Part shown: piece by piece, positions 55,546 to 63,222 of the stretch | Position numbering within the stretch: the first letter of the stretch is position 1 | Layout: each line of letters opens with the position of its first letter | Source: a virus | Taxonomy: Duplodnaviria > Caudoviricetes | Reading direction: 5' to 3' (one strand) | Virus record (IMG/VR): IMGVR_UViG_3300050500_000423 | Location: 1-64,000 of that record | Length of the DNA stretch: 64,000 nucleotides | Translations under genes and position numbers: made by a program | The notes under the pieces: generated by a model | What the model saw: only the letters and a program-made list of their open reading frames with translations | What the model was told of the DNA's origin: nothing | Database searches by the model: none

Positions 55546-56967
55546 ATGGCGGCACTCGAGCAAGGCGTCCCGTCCACGAACGCTCCCCTTCCGTGGCTCC
55601 GGGACGCGCTCGGCACGGCACGCTCCCCCCGGGCACGACGCGCAGCCCGTGGGCTGACCGTCGGTCTCGCCGCGTGGGAGATCAGCCGCAAGGCGTACCA
55701 GTGGGGACGAGGGCGAGCGACGTACACGGTCGCGGTCCCGGCGACGGACGAGCTCTACGAGCCGCTCCTCGAGTGGTTCACGGACGAGGTCCGCCCTCGA
55801 TCGCGACGTGCGGTCACGGTCCGCACCCGCCGAGCCGCGACCGCCTCGGGGTCTGACTCGCCCGCGCCTCCGACGCCCGCTCAGGTGTACGACCCGATCC
55901 CTGTCGCAGCGCCGACCATGCTCACGGGGTTCGACGGCGAGACCGCGCATGTCGTCCGTCTCGGTGGTCACCGCGTCACGGTGAAGGTCGACCGGAAATC
56001 GTCGTTCGGGGAGGGACTCTCCCTGACGGTGAACTCGCATGACGAGGGCTGGTCCCGGTCGATGACGAAGCTCACGTTCACGTGCTACGGCGAGGGCGCG
56101 CGCGACGCTGTCCTCAAGTTCCTTCGCGGCCTCTCCGAGACTGTCCTCGCAGGCGAGACCGTCAGACCCCGCATGTGGATCGGTACCCGGTGGGGCGAGT
56201 GGTCCCGCGTCCGCGAACTTGCCCCCCGCACGCTCGACTCCGTGATCCTCCCCGACGCGCAGCGTGACCGGATCGTCGCTGACCTCGCCCGCTTCCTCGC
56301 GTCGGAGGCGCTCTACGCCCGGGTCGGGGTCCCGTGGCATCACGGACTCCTCTTCTACGGAACCCCGGGGTGCGGCAAGACCTCACTCGCGGGGGCGCTC
56401 GCCTCGCACTTCGGCCTCGACGTACACCTCGTGACGCTCTCCGACCTCGACGGCGACGACCGACTCGTGCAACTCCTCGGGACCGTGGACCCTCGCTCCG
56501 TGCTCATCCTCGAGGACATCGACGTGGTGTCGGCCGCCACGGACCGCGACGACAACCGGAAGGGAGCGACGCTCTCCGGGCTACTGAACGCCCTTGACGG
56601 GATGGCGACCCCACACGGGCTGATCACGATCATGACGACGAACGATCTCGACGCGCTCGACCCGGCGCTCATCCGCCCTGGACGTGCCGACTTGATCGAG
56701 GAGTTCCTCCCGCTCGACAACCGTCAGGCGCGCCGCATGGTCGAACTCGTGATCGACTCGCCGTGCCCGTCGGACTTCCCCGACGCCGGCCGTGGTCTCC
56801 TCACCCACGCCGAACTTCTCGACGCAGCGAAGCCGTACCTCGATGACCCCGACCGTGCTGTCGCCGCGATGGCCGACCGAGTTCGTTCCTACCACGGCAG
56901 CGGTCCGCTCGCGGCGGTCCGGAACGCTCCCCGCACGGTCGCGTCGAACGGGGTAGCGTCGTCCTAG
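55546..56967 (+). CDS. BCS1-like AAA+ ATPase
   Basis: GVPWHHGLLFYGTPGCGKTS, ILEDID, TLSGLLNALDG, MTTN, LDPALIRPGR. Confidence 0.87.
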   Translation: MAALEQGVPSTNAPLPWLRDALGTARSPRARRAARGLTVGLAAWEISRKAYQWGRGRATYTVAVPATDELYEPLLEWFTDEVRPRSRRAVTVRTRRAATASGSDSPAPPTPAQVYDPIPVAAPTMLTGFDGETAHVVRLGGHRVTVKVDRKSSFGEGLSLTVNSHDEGWSRSMTKLTFTCYGEGARDAVLKFLRGLSETVLAGETVRPRMWIGTRWGEWSRVRELAPRTLDSVILPDAQRDRIVADLARFLASEALYARVGVPWHHGLLFYGTPGCGKTSLAGALASHFGLDVHLVTLSDLDGDDRLVQLLGTVDPRSVLILEDIDVVSAATDRDDNRKGATLSGLLNALDGMATPHGLITIMTTNDLDALDPALIRPGRADLIEEFLPLDNRQARRMVELVIDSPCPSDFPDAGRGLLTHAELLDAAKPYLDDPDRAVAAMADRVRSYHGSGPLAAVRNAPRTVASNGVASS

Positions 56968-57003
56968 CGACCCGACCCGACCCGCGACACCTCGGGAGGA
57001 ACG

Positions 57004-57201
57004 ATGCCCCGTCAGCAGGCACGCGTCGAGATATGGCAGGACGCGAACGGCCGGTGGTTCGGCCAGAAGGTCAACACGAGCGGGAACGTCGTCGAGGCAG
57101 TCCCCGGCGGGATCGACGGCGGGTACTCGTTCCGTCAGGGCATCCGCCGCGGAGCGAAGCGTGCGTTCCCCGGTCTCCCGATCGTGCTCGTCGCCGCGTA
57201 A
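57004..57201 (+). CDS. small protein, weak DUF1508/YegP-like pattern
   Basis: RBS GGAGG; EIWQDANGRW...GGY. Confidence 0.45.
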   Translation: MPRQQARVEIWQDANGRWFGQKVNTSGNVVEAVPGGIDGGYSFRQGIRRGAKRAFPGLPIVLVAA

Positions 57202-57328
57202 GTGACGGCCACTGTGGGATGCCGGTCCTCCCGTCGCCGCGTCGAGCCGTTCGTCGGGTACCTCGGTTCCTGGTGCATCGCCGTCGCTGTGACCGTGTAC
57301 GAGCACCTACGACCACGAGCATGGCGTC

Positions 57329-57976
57329 GTGACTGACCGCGCTGGACCCGCGATCGACGCCGCACGCTCGTACGTCGGGACGACCCCAACGTCGGGACTC
57401 GCACAACTCGTGCTGCTGCTCCGACAGGGACTTGCCCCGTCAAGCACGATCCTCGAGATCGGCTGCGGCACGCTGCATCTCGCGAAGGCACTGCTCGTCT
57501 ACCTCGACACGGGCACGTACGCCGGCGTGGACCCGAACGCGCATCTCCGCGAGGCAGCCGTCGCGGACGACTCCGTCCTCGACCAACTCGTGCGGCTCAG
57601 CGGAGCGAAGTTCTCGACCGCGACAGACTTCTACGCACGAGACCTCGGCGCGGGCGAGTACGACTTCGTGTTCTCGCACTCGGTCCTGTCGCACGCGTCA
57701 CACGAGCAACTCGGGCAGTTCATGGACTCGATGAGTCGCCGGCTAGATGACGGCTCGTTCGGGATGGCGTCAGTGAACCTCGTTGACAACTTCGCGGACG
57801 AGACCGCGCGAGACGAGTGGGTCTACCCCGGTGCGGTGACCTTCCACGAGATGACGGTCCGCGCCGCGGCGCGCGCTGCGGGTCTCCGAATCATTCGCGA
57901 CCACGAAGCCCGCGACCTCTACCGCTCGTGGTGCCCGATCGAAACCCACGACTGGATCGTCCTTCGCCATGAGTGA
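57329..57976 (+). CDS. Class I SAM-dependent methyltransferase
   Basis: ILEIGCGTL...YAGVDP...YDFVFSHSVLSH. Confidence 0.82.
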   Translation: MTDRAGPAIDAARSYVGTTPTSGLAQLVLLLRQGLAPSSTILEIGCGTLHLAKALLVYLDTGTYAGVDPNAHLREAAVADDSVLDQLVRLSGAKFSTATDFYARDLGAGEYDFVFSHSVLSHASHEQLGQFMDSMSRRLDDGSFGMASVNLVDNFADETARDEWVYPGAVTFHEMTVRAAARAAGLRIIRDHEARDLYRSWCPIETHDWIVLRHE

Positions 57977-58835
57977 GCCGCACGACGGTTCAGACCTCGT
58001 CATCGTGACGCCGGTCTGGCGTCGCACCACGAACCTCGCTCGCGTGCTCACGTCGGCACTCGATACCGTCCCGGCCGCGCACTTCCTGTTCGTCGCGTCC
58101 GTCGAGGACCGCGTCGTCATCGACGCGCTCGACGACCTGCTCGACGTCGACTACCTCCTCCTCCCCGGAGCAGGCGGCGGACAGGGCGACTACGCCCGGA
58201 AGATCAACGCCGGGTATCAGGCGACGACAGAGCCGTTCATCTTCACGGCAGCGGACGACCTTCGCTACACGCCCGGCTGGTACCACGCCGCGCGCGCGTT
58301 GACGGTCTGCCCACACGGCGACGAGACGTGCCCCTGCCAGGACGGCGACGTATGTCACTACGAGGGCGAGCAACCGTTCGCGTGCCCAACGACACGGGCC
58401 GTGGGATGCGTCGAGTGCCGACGCGTCGGCGTCGTCGGCACCGTCGATGACACGAACCCGAGGACGATCGCCGGCGAGCACTCGACGCACTCCCTCGTTG
58501 CCCGCTGGTACGCCGACTGCTGCGCCGTCTCCGATCAGCCCGGCGCCATCTACCACGAGGGCTACTACCACGAATTCTGCGACGATGAATTGGTGAGGAC
58601 GGCGATCCACCGCGGCGCGTACGGCCATGCGTTCGACGCCCACGTCGAGCACCTTCACCCGATGGGGAACAAGGCGCCCGACGACGAGACGTACCGGCGG
58701 GGCCGGTCGAAGTCGATGCTCTCCCGGAAGCTCTTCTCCGACCGAGCGCCGCTCTGGGGGGATCAGCCGCGGTACCAGCGGCGGCAGGTGTTCGCGAAGC
58801 GACCCGGGGTAGCGAAGCAGCGGAAGATGCCGTGA
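57969..58835 (+). CDS. Glycosyltransferase family 2 (GT-A fold)
   Basis: VIVTPV, YARKINAG, FTAADD, HEFCDDE, VEHLHP. Confidence 0.8.
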   Translation: MSEPHDGSDLVIVTPVWRRTTNLARVLTSALDTVPAAHFLFVASVEDRVVIDALDDLLDVDYLLLPGAGGGQGDYARKINAGYQATTEPFIFTAADDLRYTPGWYHAARALTVCPHGDETCPCQDGDVCHYEGEQPFACPTTRAVGCVECRRVGVVGTVDDTNPRTIAGEHSTHSLVARWYADCCAVSDQPGAIYHEGYYHEFCDDELVRTAIHRGAYGHAFDAHVEHLHPMGNKAPDDETYRRGRSKSMLSRKLFSDRAPLWGDQPRYQRRQVFAKRPGVAKQRKMP

Positions 58836-59620
58836 CCGTCCGCGCGTATACGGCGAACTACGGCGGGCGTGACCGAGCGTGGCCGCAGGTCGAACAGTCG
58901 ATCCCTGTCGAGTGGGTCTACTTCACGGACATCGACGAGGTCGCCCCGGCACCGTGGACGACGATCCAGCAGTTCCCGAACCCGGAGTTGCATCGGAACC
59001 TCGCGGCGAAGTGGTACAAGACGCACCCGTTCGGCGTCGGAGAATGGGACGACGACGCGAGGTACGCCATCTGGATCGACGCGTCGATGGAGGTCACGAA
59101 CCCCCGCTTCGCTGCGGAGGCGATCGCGTCCCTCGAGGAGCGTCCCGTCGCAGCTTGGGCGCATCCCCGCCGGGACTGCATCTACGAGGAGGCGAAGGCG
59201 GCGTTGACGTACGAGAGCGTCGACGATCGGTACGCCGACCAACCCGTGCTCGAGCAGGTCGCGTCCTATCGCGCCGAGGGACACCCGGAACACGGCGGGC
59301 TGTACGCGTGCGGCACGATCGTCTGGACCCGCGACGCGATACCGCTCGGGGAGGCATGGTGGGACGAGTGCGTCCGCTGGTCGATGCAGGATCAACTCTC
59401 GTTCCCCGTCGTCGCTCGTCGCCTCGGTATCCGACCGGCCGTGTTCCCCGTCGGGCAGATCGAGCACCGCACCCGCTCGCGAGTCGCGCGAGCGCCGCAG
59501 AACTTCTCCCGGTCGCGCTCGGGCGCGCGGGAAGTCGGCAGCCCGACCGCTGCTGGCGAGGTACTGCTCGGCAACCGGTGGTTGACGATCCACCCTCACG
59601 TCCCCGGCACCGACCGGTAG
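58832..59620 (+). CDS. DUF616-like glycosyltransferase
   Basis: YTANYGGRD, YFTD, KWYK, IWIDAS, HP.RDCIYEE, QDQLSF. Confidence 0.75.
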   Translation: MTVRAYTANYGGRDRAWPQVEQSIPVEWVYFTDIDEVAPAPWTTIQQFPNPELHRNLAAKWYKTHPFGVGEWDDDARYAIWIDASMEVTNPRFAAEAIASLEERPVAAWAHPRRDCIYEEAKAALTYESVDDRYADQPVLEQVASYRAEGHPEHGGLYACGTIVWTRDAIPLGEAWWDECVRWSMQDQLSFPVVARRLGIRPAVFPVGQIEHRTRSRVARAPQNFSRSRSGAREVGSPTAAGEVLLGNRWLTIHPHVPGTDR

Positions 59621-59646
59621 CTATTAGTTCTAATAGGAGAGAGCCC

Positions 59647-60324
59647 GTGGACTTCCGTGCCCCGTTCAGCGACCCCGCCGCGTTCGCCTCGGCGGAGCCG
59701 TTCCCGCACGCGATCGTGGACGACTGGTTCGACCCTGTCGACCTCGATGACGCCCTCGTCTGGTTCCCGCCCCCCAGCGATTCCCGCTGGCACTGGTTCG
59801 ATGCCCCGCACGAGGTCAGGAAGGCGCAGTACGACGACGAGAAGGCGTACGAGGTCCCCGGATGCGGACGACTTCTCCGGGTCCTCACGAGCGCGCCGTT
59901 CGTCGGTGCTCTCTCCGAGTTGACCGGCATCGAGGCGCTGATCCCCGACCTTGTCGGAGGAGGGCTGCACCTGACGCTCGCGGGCGGGTTCCTCGGCGTT
60001 CACACGGACTCCTCGACCGACTTCTCCAACCGGGGTCTCTACCGCCGTCTGAACGTCCTTCTCTTCCTGAACGAGGGCTGGAAGCCAGGCGACGGCGGCG
60101 AGCTCGTGCTCGAGCGAGCAGGTACCCCGACCGGTCTCCGCGTCGATCCGTTGCACAACCGGCTCGTGATCTTCCGGACGGCGCATGACACGCTCCACGG
60201 CCATCCGAACCCGTGGGAACGGCCGGTCGTCCCCCGCCGGTCGCTCGCGGCGTACTACTACACCGAGGACCCCCCGCCGGACTACGTCGGGGACCGGACG
60301 ACAACCTTCGTGGAGGGCAGGTGA
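59647..60324 (+). CDS. 2OG-Fe(II) oxygenase
   Basis: PFPHAIVDD, GGGLH, HTD, RRLNVLLFLN, GGEL, HNRLVIF, HGH, RRSLA. Confidence 0.85.
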   Translation: MDFRAPFSDPAAFASAEPFPHAIVDDWFDPVDLDDALVWFPPPSDSRWHWFDAPHEVRKAQYDDEKAYEVPGCGRLLRVLTSAPFVGALSELTGIEALIPDLVGGGLHLTLAGGFLGVHTDSSTDFSNRGLYRRLNVLLFLNEGWKPGDGGELVLERAGTPTGLRVDPLHNRLVIFRTAHDTLHGHPNPWERPVVPRRSLAAYYYTEDPPPDYVGDRTTTFVEGR

Positions 60325-60896
60325 CCGATCAGCCGACCGTGCAGAACGTCGGAGCGTGGGACGAGCTCTACGCCGACCTCGACCCGAACCGGCCGTTCCT
60401 CTACGGCGACCCCGTCACGTACCGCATGGCCGGCGAGTGGTTCGCGGAAATCGGACCCGGCGCGCTCATCGAGGATTGGGGATGCGGCGGCGGTGCGCTC
60501 CGGCCGTTCGTCCGCGCCGACCAGCAGTACCGCGGCATCGACGGGTCACATACCCCGCACGCCGACATCGTCACGGATCTCGCGGCGTACCAGAGCGACG
60601 CGACGTGCATCCTCCTCCGCCACGTCCTCGAGCACTCCTACGAGTGGGAGACGATCCTCGACAACGCGGTGAAGAGCTTCTCCCGGCGGCTCTGCGTCGT
60701 GCTCTTCACGCCGCTGGTCGAACGGACCGAGGTCCTGATGACGGAGCCGGACTTCCGAGACGTGCCCGTGATCGCGTTCCGGATCGAGGACCTCCTCGAC
60801 CGGCTCGAGCCGGGGATGGACGCCAAGGTCGAGCGCGTCGAAGGGACCCGCTGCGCGTACGACGCAGAGCACATCGTCCGCATCGTCCGCCTGTGA
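60321..60896 (+). CDS. Class I SAM-dependent methyltransferase
   Basis: IEDWGCGGG, YRGIDGS, LLRHVLEH. Confidence 0.75.
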   Translation: MTDQPTVQNVGAWDELYADLDPNRPFLYGDPVTYRMAGEWFAEIGPGALIEDWGCGGGALRPFVRADQQYRGIDGSHTPHADIVTDLAAYQSDATCILLRHVLEHSYEWETILDNAVKSFSRRLCVVLFTPLVERTEVLMTEPDFRDVPVIAFRIEDLLDRLEPGMDAKVERVEGTRCAYDAEHIVRIVRL

Positions 60897-62329
60897 CGGT
60901 CTCGCTCGTCGTTCCCTTCCGGTCAGGTGACCCGCACCGCGACCGCGCCTGGGAGTACGTCCGGAGCCGCTACCAGGCCGAGCACCCCGAGTGGGAACTC
61001 GTCGTTGATGGCGGCACGGACGGTCCCTGGTCGAAGGGTTCCGCTGTCGACGCCGCAGTAGCTCGCGCGACGGGCGACATCTTCGTGATCGCGGACGCCG
61101 ACCTCTACGTCGCTGCGGAAGCCCTCGACCGCTGCGTCTCGGCCGTTGCAGACGGCGCCGCCTGGTCGCAGCCGCACCGAGAGGTGTTCCGTCTCTCCGC
61201 CGAGACGACGGCGTCCCTGTACGCCGGGAAGTTCGACCCGACTCCCCGCCCGGTCCGGTTGCCCCTAGCTGAGCAGAACGGCACCATCGGACCTGCTGGC
61301 GGCGGGATCGTGGTCTGCTCCCGTGCAAGCTTCGATCTCTCCGGCGGGATCGACCCGCGGTTCACCGAGTGGGGCGGCGAGGACATCTCTTTTGCTCGCG
61401 CGCTCGACACGCTGGCCGGCCCGTGCGTCCGGTTCCGTGCCCCGATGATCCACCTCTGGCATCCGCCGATGCCACGACGGACGGGACACCGGGCAAGCCG
61501 CGAGAACGAGCTCGTCGCCGCCGCGTACCTCGACGCGTCGGGTATCCCGGCCGCGATGCGTCGCGTCGTTCGCGACCGGTCCCTCACGCCGCTTGCCCCC
61601 CCGAAGGTCTCAGTCGCGGTGATGGCACACCCACGACGAGCTGCGATGGTCGAGGACCTCCTCGCGTCGATCGGTGGGCACGTCGAGGTCGCCTGGGATC
61701 AGGAGAACCGCGAGTGGGAGACCGGCCGGCGGGCGTTACTCGCGTACGACCCGTCCGCCGAGTGGCACGTCGTCGTACAGGACGACGCGATCGTCTGCGG
61801 CGACTTCCGCGCGTCTGTCGCTCACCTCGCAGCGCGTCACACGGAGAGCGAAGTCATCGGCCTCTATCTCGGAGCCGTTCGACCCTACGGTGCCGCCGTC
61901 GAACGGGCAGTCACGGCAGCGGAACGCGCCGGCGCGTCATGGGTGCTCTCCGAACGGCTGATGTGGGGGGTCGGCACCGCGTTTCCCGTCGCAGCACTCG
62001 ACGCGCTCGTTCACGCCGCTGACCGCGCGCGACCCGCGGAGTACGACTTCCGTCTCTCCGTTGCCATGCGCGTGACCGGCATGACGGCGCGGTACTCGTT
62101 GCCGTCACTGGTGGATCACCGGCAGGGACCGTCGATCCTGAACCATCCCGACAACGCGCGACACGCACGACGATTCATCGGCAGCGACACGTCCGCGCTC
62201 GACCTCGTCTGGTCAACGATGTGCGTCGCGGTCGAGACCCCTCGCCCGGGTCGCGTCACGTACCCGGGTCGCCGCGCGGAACGACCCGAGGTTGTCCGAC
62301 GCGTGGGTCGGAGCGTCCCCACCGAGTAG
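60893..62329 (+). CDS. Two-domain glycosyltransferase (GT2/galactosyltransferase-like plus a second GT-A domain)
   Basis: VVPFR, IADAD, GGIDPRFTEWGGED, HLWH; then VMAHPRR, VVVQDDA, SLVDH. Confidence 0.78.
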   Translation: MTVSLVVPFRSGDPHRDRAWEYVRSRYQAEHPEWELVVDGGTDGPWSKGSAVDAAVARATGDIFVIADADLYVAAEALDRCVSAVADGAAWSQPHREVFRLSAETTASLYAGKFDPTPRPVRLPLAEQNGTIGPAGGGIVVCSRASFDLSGGIDPRFTEWGGEDISFARALDTLAGPCVRFRAPMIHLWHPPMPRRTGHRASRENELVAAAYLDASGIPAAMRRVVRDRSLTPLAPPKVSVAVMAHPRRAAMVEDLLASIGGHVEVAWDQENREWETGRRALLAYDPSAEWHVVVQDDAIVCGDFRASVAHLAARHTESEVIGLYLGAVRPYGAAVERAVTAAERAGASWVLSERLMWGVGTAFPVAALDALVHAADRARPAEYDFRLSVAMRVTGMTARYSLPSLVDHRQGPSILNHPDNARHARRFIGSDTSALDLVWSTMCVAVETPRPGRVTYPGRRAERPEVVRRVGRSVPTE

Positions 62330-62395
62330 CTCGGTCACCACTACGCTCCGCCGTGGATTCACGCGAGCGGAGGTCGAGGGCATGGAGATCGTCCG

Positions 62396-62890
62396 GTGAC
62401 TCACATCGCATGGGTCGACGCAGTCGTCGTCACCGCGCTCGTGGTCGGGTCGCTCTGGACGATCTGGCGGAAGGCGATACGTCCCTCGATCCGAGCCGTG
62501 AACCGACTCGCGGACACGATCACGGTCGCGAACCAGCTTCTCGATGACGCTCCCGTCCTCGCCGCGATCGCGGAAGTCGCCCCCGCCTTGCAGGACATCG
62601 CGGCGGAGTTCCGCCCGAACCACGGCGGGTCGCTCCGGGACGTGGTCGACAGCATCGACCGGAAGGCCGACACCGCGGCGGCGGCAGCGACCGATGCCCG
62701 CACCGAAGCGGTTCACGCTGCGGCGATCGCTGACGAGACCCGGACGCTCGCAGCGTCAGCAGCGACGAACGCCGCGGTCGCGTCGGGTATGGCAGAGGAC
62801 ACGGCGATCGAAGTCATCGCGCTCCGTCAGCGCCTCGACGCGCATCTCGCGGCAGAAGAGGAACGGTCGAACCCGCCTCCCGACGTATGA
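62396..62890 (+). CDS. Membrane-anchored coiled-coil protein (holin/spanin-region type)
   Basis: N-terminal TM; EFRPNHGGSLRDVVD. Confidence 0.55.
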   Translation: MTHIAWVDAVVVTALVVGSLWTIWRKAIRPSIRAVNRLADTITVANQLLDDAPVLAAIAEVAPALQDIAAEFRPNHGGSLRDVVDSIDRKADTAAAAATDARTEAVHAAAIADETRTLAASAATNAAVASGMAEDTAIEVIALRQRLDAHLAAEEERSNPPPDV

Positions 62891-62891
62891 C

Positions 62892-62935
62892 GCGGCGACG
62901 GCTCCGGTGATCAGCCGGAGCCGTCCTGTCGCCGC
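62892..62935. terminator. Strong hairpin between convergent transcription units
   Basis: 11-bp perfect stem GACGGCTCCGG/CCGGAGCCGTC with TGATCAG loop; no clear U-tract. Confidence 0.4.
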
Positions 62936-63021
62936 TGTACGCAGGGCCGGGGTTACCGGCGGGGGTCCACCACCCGACGCGAGGTCGGGACCGTTCCTCT
63001 AGCCCCTAGAGCCTAGAGCGA

Positions 63022-63094
63022 TGGTGGACCGGAGGGGAGTCGAACCCCCGAGGGACTCTTGATCAGGGAGACCCCGGCAACCGTGCCCCGGCCC
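63022..63094 (-). ncRNA. tRNA-like RNA with alanine identity (mini tmRNA-like tRNA domain)
   Basis: GGGCCGG/CCGGTCC acceptor stem with G3.U70, A73 and encoded CCA; T arm GGGGG-TTCGACT-CCCCT; aberrant D arm; no Ala anticodon. Confidence 0.7.
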
Positions 63095-63133
63095 GGTCTC
63101 TGCATCATCGTCCGGGGGTACGACGCTCATCCG

Positions 63134-63154
63134 TGTATAGTTCGCGTACCAACG
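63134..63154 (+). promoter_or_regulatory. Repeated promoter motif, copy 6 (divergent tail)
   Basis: TGTATAGTTCGCGTA matches copies 3 and 4 over 15 nt. Confidence 0.6.
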
Positions 63155-63222
63155 AGAAGCCCCCCGCGACGCTCGAGAACGTCCGGGGGGCGTGGTCGCA
63201 ACCTCGATCGAGGAGGAGCAAC

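Noticed and set aside
63022-63094. Canonical tRNA-Ile(GAT) or tRNA-Ala gene
   Set aside because: The D arm lacks the U8/A14 layout, position 37 would be C, the anticodon stem is bulged, and the acceptor identity (Ala) conflicts with the loop.
62890-63222. TIGR-type or CRISPR array upstream of the Nop-domain gene
   Set aside because: No periodic repeat-spacer pattern here, only hairpins and the tRNA-like RNA. No CRISPR array was noticed anywhere in the window by eye.
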